From Auanema rhodensis (Eukaryota; Animalia; Nematoda), in assembly GCA_964057225.1 (NCBI GenBank), contig OZ059899.1, forward strand, positions 12,710,001 through 12,774,000: 64,000 bases of DNA, read 5' to 3'. Positions within the stretch are counted from its first letter, which is position 1; each line of letters starts with the position of its first letter. The position numbers were made by a program, and so were the translations under genes. This document shows, in pieces, positions 40,925-52,300 of the stretch. The notes beneath the pieces are model-generated. The model was not told the origin of the DNA and did not search any database. It saw only the letters and a list, made by a program, of their open reading frames with translations.

Positions 40925-43900
40925 CTTCCTCTCTTTTCTCTTATTATTCATATATCACTCAGGTTTCTGTCGAAAAGTGGAGTTAAGGATGAAATTATTA
41001 ACTTTGATGCTCATCGTATAACTAAAGATGTACACAAAAAAGTTTCTGCCTTAGTTAATTCTAAACAAGCTAGTTTTGATCCAAAGGTAAATCAAATCTG
41101 ATTATTGATGAATAAAGCTTTTCATCTTGCAGAATGCTAAACGAGCTTCTGTAGCTGCAGCACCTTTAGCAGCTTGGGTTATGGCTAATCTGCAATATTC
41201 AACGATTCTCGAGAAAATATCTCCACTGGAACAAGAAAAAAATGCTCTAATCAAGTAAGTTTTAAATATAATATGCTGGATGTGAGCATATTATTTACAG
41301 AAATTTATCAAAAGCTGAAAAACAAATTGATAAATTATCAAAAGGATTACTTACCGTTGATGAGAAAGTAACTGATCTGAAATCAAAATTTGAAGTTTTA
41401 ATGAAAGAAGCTACACAAATCAAAATTGATGTGGAAAAAGAGGAAGTAAGTAAAATTTTAAATGATAGTGAAACTTGAGCATTAATAAAACTTACAACTT
41501 AAGATTCAAATAACAGTAAACCCAAAGTTTTTCAATCTTTAAACATAACAATCAATAGATATTTGAAATTATTTCAATTAACTAGGCAACAATTGCTGTA
41601 GCTGGAACACTGGTTGAACGACTAGGCGGAGAATTCGAGCGTTGGCAGAGCCAACTTGGAATACTTTCAAAAGAGCTGGATCAAGTAGAACGTTGCTCTC
41701 TTATCTCTTCTGTTTTGGTGACATTTTTGGGTGAATCATCAGAAAGAGTACGTCAAGATGTACTCAAGAAAATCTGTGGCTTTCTCAATATGGAAAACTT
41801 TAATCCAGTTGAATTTTCATCATCTGAAACTGAACAAGTAATCTTATATATTCTGTCTTCTTCTTATTAATTATTTATTATTATTTATAGTTAAATTGGA
41901 AAAATCATGGTTTACCAGCTGATAATCTATCAGTAGAAAATGCTATTGTTATGTTTAATGGAAATCAAATTCCATTAATTGTTGATCCAACTGGTCGAAT
42001 TGCTCAATTTCTGAACAAATTCATCGACAAATCAGAAATGCTGAAAGCTGTTCAGAATGACTTCTTCACACAGGTTGCTTCACAAGCTTCATCATCTTCC
42101 TCATAACACATGCTTTAGGTTGAATTAGGACTTCGTTTTGGTAAAACATTAGTTGTTGATGATGTTAATAGCATTGATCCATCACTTGTCCCTATTTTAA
42201 GAAAAGATTTATCATCTCAAGGACCTCGACTGGTAGAATATTTCTATACTATATAATAATATATAATCAATTTATATATTTCAGGTTATATCATTTGGAG
42301 ATAAGCAGATTGATTATAATTCTGATTTTCGAATCTTTCTTTGTACCAAAAATGAACATATTTCTATTCAATCAGGTGTTAAAGATTTATTAGGAATAGT
42401 TAATTATACAACAACTAAGAGTGGATTAACATCACAGGTATCAGAAGATGTAACACACTAACAACATCAATTCACTTATTCCAGTTACTGGGTGCTGCGA
42501 TTCAAATTGAAAAGCCTGAATTAGAGGAAAAGACTAAAGAACTTGCACGAGATTCAGAAACTAAAAAAGTTGAATTGGACAAGTTGGAACAGTTATTATT
42601 ACAAGTAGATAAACCTGAAATAGAAATAATCTAATCAATACGATAATCATAGGAACTAGCTGCTTCGGAAGGAAATATTCTAGATAATACCGTCCTTTTG
42701 GAATCATTGAATCGTTCCAAAGAAAATGCCGAAACAATTAGCAGAAGTATTGAAGAAAGTGAAAAGCTTCGAGCACAACTACAACAGGTAAAACATCTGA
42801 TTTTATCATCATCAATAATCATTATGTCTAGGAAAGAGAAGCTTATGTTTCCCTAGCTGAATTTGCTAGTTCATTGTATTTTGTATTTGCTGATCTTCAT
42901 TTACATAATCAGATGTATAACTTTAATGTAAATACAATAACTGATTTATTCACAAAAACTATTACATCATCTAAGGTATATTCTAGTTCTTTGTTTCATT
43001 TTTTATTTCAAATATTCAGGATAATTCATCTACACGTCTTGATAGCTTACGTAGGGCCCTGCAATTACGTGTTTTCTACTATATCTCCAGATCTTTGTTT
43101 AAAGCTGATCGTCTTATGTTTGGATTAAATTTTGTATTTGGAACGATGCCTAAAATGTTGCAAAAAACTGTAAGCCTTTAGAAAATTAGATTATTTAGAT
43201 AGAGTATCAGTTTATTATCAAGTGTATTGTATTAAACAAAAAAGCAAAAAAAGTAGGTCCTCGCCGGGTTCGAACCGGCGACCTTCTGCGTGTGAAGCAG
43301 ACGTGATAACCACTACACCAGAGGACCACGTTATGTTGTGTCGCATACATCCTATAGAGCACTCGCACATTGGCAACACTAGTTTGTCAGTATTATTCTA
43401 TTCATATCCCTATTAGTAGTAGGTTTATCAATTGCAATTTTTAGGAATTAGAGATATTCACTGGAGCTTTAATTGAAAATGCCAAAGAACCGGATAACAG
43501 CATGAGAGGGTTGACATGGATTGATGAATCCCGATATCCAATGGTAGCCAAGTTGCAGGTATGTACCATGATATCCAAATATTTTATTTTCATTTACTAA
43601 TACTGAACTTTCAGGCGCAACTTCCTTCATTCTACAATACTCTACAGCTATCAGACCAGGGAACTTGGAGTGAATTCTCTCGCACAACTGAATGTGAAAC
43701 AGCTATTCCGTCATTTATTGATGCAAAAATAACTCCATTTCAAAAGGTAAATGAGATTTGTATGAATTTGAAAATCAATCTCATCATATAGGTCTTACTC
43801 ATACAAGCTATAAGACCTGAACGGTTGTATTCTGCTATGATAAGTTTTGTAACAAATGCCTTAGGTATATCAGATTTTGATCATACTGTATAAATCTGAA

Positions 43901-46341
43901 ATACATTCATTCAGCGATTCCATCAATTAATCCTCCACCATTCAACTTAGTTGAGATATATCAAGAGAGTCGATCTACTGAGCCAATTCTTCTCATAATA
44001 TCTTCTGGAGCTGATCCAACACAAGTCAGACTGTTTAGATATTTCCAGACATACGCTCAAACAAATTGTTTAGGAATTGGAAGAACTGGCACATAAAGTA
44101 ATTGGTGCCGAGAAGTTTGAAGCTGTTTCAATGGGACAGGGACAAGAAACGGTAGCAGTAACTGCTATTAGAAAAGCTATGAGAGAAGGAGGATGGTTAT
44201 GCTTGAATAATCTTCATTTGATGTTATCTATTGTTCCACTGATTCATAAAGTAAGTTTAGATTCAATCACATTTTTCGAAATATCCTTCTACCTATCAGG
44301 AAATTGGAATGAATGAGCCTCATGAGGCTTTCAGATTATGGCTAACATCGGAAGCTGATGAGCGTTTCCCTGCAATTCTTTTACAAAGTTCTTTGAAGAT
44401 TACATTTGAACCACCTCCAGGTAAACTCAATGACCTGTAGTTAAGTAATATCTTTTATTTAAAGGGCTAAAGAATAATCTCATCCGTACTTATAATCAAA
44501 TAAATGAATCTGATCGTAATGTAATAACGTGTCAATCAATATTCGTATTAGCTTGGCTACATGCATTACTCCAGGAACGAAGAACCTTCATACCCCAGGT
44601 AATAACTGACGAACAGAACGGAAATAATCAGTAGCTCTTAGGCATGGACGAAGTTTTACGAATTTTCAAGTGCTGATGTGCGAATAGCTCGCTTACTAAT
44701 TGAACAGTTAACACATGACAAAAGTATGAATATTTACAAGAACATAATAAACAATCTTTTTCAAACTTAACAGAACCTGATTGGGATTTCATTAAAGGAC
44801 TTTTACAATTTGTTATATATGGAGGACGAATAGAAAACATTTTTGATAATTATATTCTTGAATCATATCTTAGAAAGTTTTTCAATGATCACATGATAAC
44901 AGGTAGAGATGGACAAACTATTGCTGATAATATCCGTATCTTGAATAGCACACAAATAGAAGTATGTTAATGATGATTATATTCAACTAATTATTATACT
45001 TTCTTTAATTTAAGGATTATCTAAAGTATATTACTAACGAAGTACCATCTGAAGATACACCAGTTTTATTTGGATTACCACCGAATATTCGTGTTTCATG
45101 GGAATTAACTGAAGCTGAGCAAACTATAGCTAAAATGCGTTTTGCAGGTATGCTAATTTACAATTTTCACGTTTAAAATGAATTTTACGTGAATATTATT
45201 TTTATTTTATTCACGTAATATACGGTTGTTCTTGAATATATCAATTAAAAAACCCTACCTTTGATTCTTTTCAGCATCTGCCAATATCTCGAATAGTGAT
45301 CGATCAGACTGGAATGAAGCCATTTCTCCGATTTTGAACTTATGGAAACGATTATGTCAAGGATCTGATCTTCATAATCGCCAGGTAATCAAATCAATTA
45401 TATAAACGTAGATTTGACGCATTTGAATTATTTTAGATTCCTCAACAGGTGGAATCCGATGATCCTTTAGTTGAGGTTATGGCTATAGAGTTTATCCATG
45501 CTTTACAAGTGGTAAATTACTTTTTTTGTATTCAATTGTAATTTATTATCTGTTTAGGTTCAAGCAATACATGCTAGTCTTTCAAAGGTTAGTAAAGCTG
45601 TTCGAGGAGTTGAAGCAGCTGAACCAAGCACTTCGAAAACCATTGAAGCGCTAAGACTCCAAACTCTCCCACCTAGTTGGGAAGCAATCTGGACAGGTCC
45701 ATCGAATCCTGCTGAGTATTTAGAATCTGTCATCTTCAAAGCAAAGTCGACTGAAGAATTACTTCAAGTTTCAAAAAATGGAGAGTTACTTTCAAAACCT
45801 GTTAATCTCTCCAAGCTACTTCGACCTGGTGTATTATTAAATGCTCTACGTCAAAAGACCGCAAGGTAAATAATCAAAAATTAAAAAAAACATTTCTAAA
45901 ACATTCAGGCAAAAACGATGTACTATGGATGATTTGGTACTTACCTCTATTTGGGATAATTCGCAGAGCGCAAATGAGATTACAGTATCTCTTAAGGTGA
46001 ATACGAGCATTATTATTAGATATTTTGAAAAATTATTTAGGGAATCGTTCTACAAGGTGCTACATTTGATAGCAAATTACGATCTACAACAGCTAGTAGT
46101 ACGCCAACTGTTAGTGCACCCACACTCACTTTAGCTTGGATCAAAGAGGTAATTGTTATTTTAGTAGAATATTTATTATTATATAACTTAGGATGGAAAG
46201 CCAACATACGACAAAACTTCTTCAGTATTGGTTCCTCTTTATACAGACTCATCTCGAGAAACCTATGTTGCAACTATTAATATGCCATGCAGTAACGTTG
46301 ATGAATGGAATATAGCATCAATAGCTTTATTCCTTAAATAA
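27065..46341 (+). CDS. che-3: Cytoplasmic dynein 2 (IFT dynein) heavy chain, DYNC2H1 orthologue, about 100 introns
   Basis: Starts [24 protein letters not shown]-loops [12 protein letters not shown] (AAA1), GPPCSGKST (AAA2), GPDGCGKE (AAA3), GRAGIGRR (AAA4). Also [30 protein letters not shown] and microtubule-binding [13 protein letters not shown]. Ends ...[12 protein letters not shown] at 46341. Confidence 0.96.
29122..29194 (-). tRNA. tRNA-Arg(ACG), intronic and antisense to che-3
   Basis: GGCCGCGTGGCGCAATGGATAACGCGTCTGCCT-ACG-GAGCAGAAGATTGTAGGTTCGAATCCTGCCGTGGTCG: 73-nt cloverleaf, A and B boxes, downstream T run. Confidence 0.95.
33070..33235. mobile_element. Tc1-family MITE (~166 bp, non-autonomous) in a che-3 intron
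   Basis: Terminal inverted repeats CAGTACACGGCCATAAAGATATCAAGTTTT and (rev-comp of right end) CAGTGGCGGCCATAAAGATATCAAGTTTT. Left flank is TA, right flank CA. Resembles the Tc1 TIR CAGTGCTGGCCAAAAAGATATCC. Confidence 0.85.
43255..43327 (-). tRNA. tRNA-Val(CAC), intronic and antisense to che-3
   Basis: GGTCCTCTGGTGTAGTGGTTATCACGTCTGCTT-CAC-ACGCAGAAGGTCGCCGGTTCGAACCCGGCGAGGACCT, followed by a T7 Pol III terminator. Confidence 0.95.
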
Positions 46342-46362
46342 TAGCTGTGTCAATATTCTTTT

Positions 46363-49300
46363 CTATCGTTTCTTTTTCTTTTCAATTGAGGAAGTCTGAA
46401 ACAAACAAGATAATTTCTTTTTTTGGAAATGTGATATACCGTTCCCAGAGCGATCCTCTTCTTTTCTTCTTCTGTGATTCCTTCTACTGGTTCAGACTTC
46501 CCAGTTAAACGATTACTCAATAATTTTTGTCGCATAAACTAGAACAAATATTAAAAAATATTGAAAATTGATCTCGAAATAATATACCTGTTGTAATAAA
46601 ACGCCTTTACATTTACTTTTAATAGCTAAGGACAAATCCAACCAAGTCCAATTTCTTTCATGGAATTCACATAAGGGAAACAGAAAACTAAACCTATCAA
46701 CATCTTCTATATTTTTATCTTTGTTGCCCTGAAATTTAACTTTCACCAATATTTAAAAAATATATAAAATACCTTATATGATACAACAAATGGAACCTCT
46801 GGAATTTTTATGTACAAGAAAAAGTTATTTCTGTCTGCTCTATGACGCATTTTCTCTATTTCATTAAGATCAGATTCCGGATTATTTTTATGGGAAAGTT
46901 TTCCACTGGCTGTACTTGCTTTTCGATCAACTTGAGCACCTTTCGAACTTCGCATACTTAAAGTTCCAGCAATTCTACGTGTGAACGAGAACTTCTTAAT
47001 ATTTCCGTTCAAGTTTATAGAGTAATAGCTTTGTAACTTACAGGAGTACTTTCATCAATAGCATCAAGATTCTCACTATTATGAATATTCTTTCCAGGGA
47101 AGAAGAAACCCATCATTTTTTCGAAAAATTGATATGTTAGTTGAACAACCATAGGCGCAATATTAACTTCGAAATGTTCTTTCACACAAATGCCACCGAC
47201 TATAAGACAAGAATAAAATTATATTTGGTAGGAGCATAATACTAACCGGGAGCAAGATCTTTCAAAAGTAGTCGAATAGCTGGCTGCCGAGTCTTATGCC
47301 GATCATCTCTGAATAAATAATTAAAAAATAAGAAAATATGATAAATCTTCTTACCTATGAAGCGTATCTCGAAATATAGAATCAGGTAATAGATTTGAAA
47401 CTCTTATAGATCCAACTTCGAATAAATGTTCGCCAGAATTATCGATACGCATAATTCTAGTATACAAGAAGTTACGAATTTGTGTTTCAGCTAAGGCTAT
47501 TTGACCATCATTTTCCGTGAGTCTCCAAATACAGTCTTCGAAGCAAACCTGGTAGAACGGAATATTCTTTATAAATCTCAAAAATACGATATACCTCGAA
47601 TCGTCTGGCTACAGCAGCTACACCATCATCCTCAGGACAATGAACTACAGCTCTGGTGGCTTCAACTTGTCTTTGCTTATAACAACTTAAATTCAAAATA
47701 AATACAAAATTAAGAAAATTTTAAGTTAACCTGATATAGATGTAAAGTTGATCTGAAACCTCCAACTGACGATTTTTATATTCCTCCATTTCTTCATACA
47801 AATCTTTCCGTTTAGCATCGTCTACCTCCCCTTGACTATCTAGATAGAAAATTTGCCTTTCTAGAGATCTTACAACAGATACTATATCACGTAGTTGGGA
47901 CTAAAATACAGATGTAAGCAGCTTAACAAACTAAAATTTTCAAACTTGTTGTTCCACAATACTTTCTCTCATTTGTGCCATATCCGTAACATAGCACTCA
48001 AATCTAATTTTTCTACGATGTTCGGCTAACTCTTTCTTTTTAGGATCAATGAATAAAACAAGATTGTTAACAATATCTACCACCATCTCATACTGAAAAG
48101 TTAGTCAATAAAAGTTTTTTTTTATAATTTGAGAAAAGCATACTTGATCTGAACTCGTACTGGCTTCCAGCATGTTGTGCTTCAAGGTGAGACAATCAAC
48201 ACCAATGTCTTCAGTTCGTAGGTATGTTGGCGGCTCAACCTATACAATAGTTAATAAATGAAGTTCTGAAAATTCGGTTTACCTTAGGAACTCCAGTCTC
48301 TTCCAAAGCATCCGTTTTTAATTCTTCGGAGAAATAGCAGAAATAAATCTGGCAACTGCATCTTGAAACAATACGCTGTAGCTGTAAACGCTCAATGTCC
48401 TGGCCATCTGAAAATGAGCATCAATGTAGGTTTGAAAATGATAATATAAATACCAGGTTCAACAATGCCACCTACTGCTTCACCAGATTCAAGGAAACTC
48501 ATATAAGTATCAGCCCCAGTGTCTGGAGGAGCTCTTTCTTCTATGAGTTCTCGAGGCAACCAACGGAACAAAGTTTTGTTTTGACCTGTAGACATTCCGA
48601 CAGGGGCAAAATACTGCATTCCAGATATTGCAGCAGACCACGATTTCTTGCCCAACAATTGCCCATTTCGCCAAACACATTTATGGATCTGAAGAAATTT
48701 ATAAAAGGTTTTTGGATCGAATTCTCACCTTCTGAGATAAACTGGCTTTTGATGTAGTAATTAGAATGAAACCATCACGTTCGCAACCTTTCAAGACAGC
48801 TTGACTATTTAATAAGTCAACTAAAATGAATATACATTACTTGAGAAGATTTTCAAACAACATACTCTGCCAGTTGATCATTTGGACATCATCAGTAGTG
48901 CTAAGTATTGCTCCTTGTAAGGAATCAGCAGGAATATCAGTAGCCTAAGTATAACAAATTGGATACATATCTTGTTTTAGACTAAAAACCTGTTCACAAT
49001 GAGCAATTAGTTTTGTTCCAGCTTCGTCAATGAGTTGGTACAACATGGATTGGTTAGTATCAGATAAACTATATCCTCTGAAAAAAAACTTTTTTTCAAA
49101 ACAATTTCATTCCAAATACCGTCTATGTCCACGGGTGTCATCACTTTCCGATACAGTATGCTCTAATGTCTTTTTTGGTATAGATTGATCTTCTTCCATA
49201 TGTAGCTTAAAACAACCATTCTATCAAAACCAATAATCTTCTAAATTACCTTTAAAATCTTTATGGCATCATTACTTAAAATACGCCGAAGCATATGAGC

Positions 49301-52300
49301 TCTGTGTACTCCATCAGCTATGGAAAGGCATGCATCTCGGATCTCTTCAGTGCATGACGCCTGTAAGATCAATTTTTGATTTGAGTAACACTAAAGTAAT
49401 AACCTTCAACTCATGAACAGTCAATCTATGAACTGCATTCTCTTTCCCTGCATTATTCTCTCGAACATACGATATTCTACTCAAACCTAAGAGCAATGTA
49501 TCATCGTTTTCTTCATTATCAGCAGATGGCTTTTTCTGTTCTCCATATACATGAACCTTAAAATCATGAATGAAATTGGTAAGATCAATTTTGAATTATA
49601 CCTTTGTACCCCATAAGGTTGCAGAGACATGTTGTGGCTTCCATACATAAGTTCTTCGACGAGTAATCTCCTAAAAAGGTTTGGTTGGTTATATTTGAGA
49701 CTACAAAAGTACCGAGTCAGTCTCTATGTGCATTGATAACCTCAATGATGAGAACAAGTTAAGTCCTTCAGATATTACACGGAAACCATAAGAAGATGAA
49801 TGAGACATCCAGTATGTTATATAAAATTTTGGAAGGTTTAAAGCTATATGTACATTCCTAAATACTTTAAATAGAACAATGATTACGGTAAATGATTACC
49901 TAAAATGTTTGCTGAGTTGAGGTTTCATGAAGAGCGGAGTTCCAAAAAGCTTTCCTCGTTTTATCGTTCTGTTTTTGATCGTGAGTGTGTGCTGTAAAGA
50001 TCATATAAGAGACATCAAGAAGAATTCATCTTACCAAAAGAAACTCTATACATCTGAATGTATTAGCATATAGGAGAATGTTCGGAATTTTCTCATGTGA
50101 TGAAGCTCCCGGAGCTGCTTCAAAAGAAAAAGCCAAATCCAGGTGCTGTGACCGAAAGCCTCGATATGAATCGTGATCCTGAATGATAATACTGTAAACA
50201 AATTCATACTAAAAAGGTGATATACTGTAGAATAATGGGGAAGTTTATGAGGGGCACAGAGGACAACTGAATGATGATCATGAGGATCTCCACCACAAAT
50301 CCAATCTAGATTAATAACAGTTTTTCAGCATATAGGATATAACATACCTAATTCAACTTTCAACTTTAAATCTGGTAAAGAAAGAATTCGTGAGTCGTCA
50401 TATTTCGAAGCTGTTCTCATGAAAACGTGAAATTCTGATCTGATACGAACTTCACCTGCAAATCATTTACTGATTATAAAGTTTATTTCATACATTATTT
50501 CACCTAATGCCCAATCGAGCCCGTAGTTATCCCAGCACATTTCAACAGTCTCAGTCGTATTATAAGGATCAGGTGATGCTAGCATAGTGGTGATTACTCG
50601 ATTGCTAAGCCATGAGAAACGTCCATGAAGTAAGAACCGCATCTTATCCCAAAATGGTAGAGGAGGGGATGGATCTCTAGACGGGGCAGATATGTTGTTC
50701 CAAGATAAGCTGATCATTGACAAACAAGGCTCCCAACATGGTCCATAAGTGGCAGTAAATTCAGAGCTTTCTTAAATATATATTATATATGAAACTACAA
50801 CTAACGTTTTCTTACCACATTGCATATCGTAGTAAAACTTCAAAGGAGACATATTTCGCTTAACTATATGCGTTTCGAATGGAGGTGGTAGATGAATTGT
50901 ATTCTCTCTCAAAGATCTTCCGACTTCTGAATTTAGATCATTGAACAAGAAAACTAATAGATGTAAATACCATCAAACTGTTCAGCACCAACAAGCGTAC
51001 CAAAGAAATGCATATCCTTTGTAAGCAGATAAGGCATTGGGTAGTCTTTAAAATTTACAACCCACTCAGCCATGTCGAACTCAACTGCTCTACCCCACAT
51101 CGTTGAGAATTGTAAATTTTCAGTTGGTAAATTACTAAAAATACATAAATACATGAGTATATCTTATACTAGTCCACCTCATTGGATCGAAATCTGCCAT
51201 CAAACCCAGACACGCATCTGTTCCGTGCAAAGAAATATCTGCAAAGGCTCTAATCTCCCATCCCAACCATTTAGATAAGAATAAAGATCTGAATGATTGA
51301 GCATTACTAAGGTAAGTTGCAGGTTTCTAACCTGTTCGAGTGATCAGCTTTGTTCCAACGCTCAATATAAATGGCGCTGTTCTTTTCTTGTAAACTGGCG
51401 TATAGCTCATCCATTCTCGATTCTAACAATTATTCGGTCAAGAAGTTAATGAATGATAAACTTACGTGGAAATAGTGGATTAGCCTTTTTCCTTAGCTGT
51501 GCTAGACGATCAGCTAGCATTTGCCTCCGACGCTCACACTCGTAAACTTCATCCTCTTTCAGTTCATGGCTTACTTGTAAAACGTTTTCGAATGGATCAT
51601 CTTCCATTTCCAGACGAACCTCCTAAAACAACAACTTGAAAATGGTGAATATTTAGAAACAAACCTCAAACTTTATTCTGAGATCACAAGGGAGAGGACT
51701 ATCAGCCGTGAAGGGTTTCTTCTGTTTCTGATGAACAATTTTGATCCATTTAATGCAGTTAATAAACTCGTCAAAGATTTCATGGAAATTAAATTCGAAT
51801 GGCAAAAAGAAAAAGAATTGATCAGCAGCCCAAGTCCAAACCTGGAAATAAGAAATGTCAATTATGGGTCAGTAACTGAAGTGATTCAACCGCTCAAGTA
51901 ATGATGATAAATAAAAATAAAAAAAAGCTAGCTAGTATTACGTGATAAATTAGCATACGAACCTTGTTAGAAGGAGTTCGCAAACTTTCAAAATTTTTTC
52001 GGTAGTTATCCATAACAGGATCTAGATTTTTTTTTGTTATATTAATATTCTGAAGAAAATGCTTATAAAATGATAACCAATAAAATTTTGACACACAGTT
52101 GCTGTTATAATTTCAAATCCGTTCATTTTAATAGTCAAATGTGGTGATTGAGCTGAAAGGTTAGAAGAATTCCAATCTAAATTCAATGATGGTATTGTCC
52201 AAATCATTCTGGAAATATTGCCACAATGAGAGAAATATTGTTTTCTTGTTCATGCCTATGATATCCTGAGAGTTCTACATCTAGTTCAACGGTCTTAGTT

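Noticed and set aside
43222-43416. 64-aa ORF in a che-3 intron
   Set aside because: It is the antisense reading of the tRNA-Val gene.
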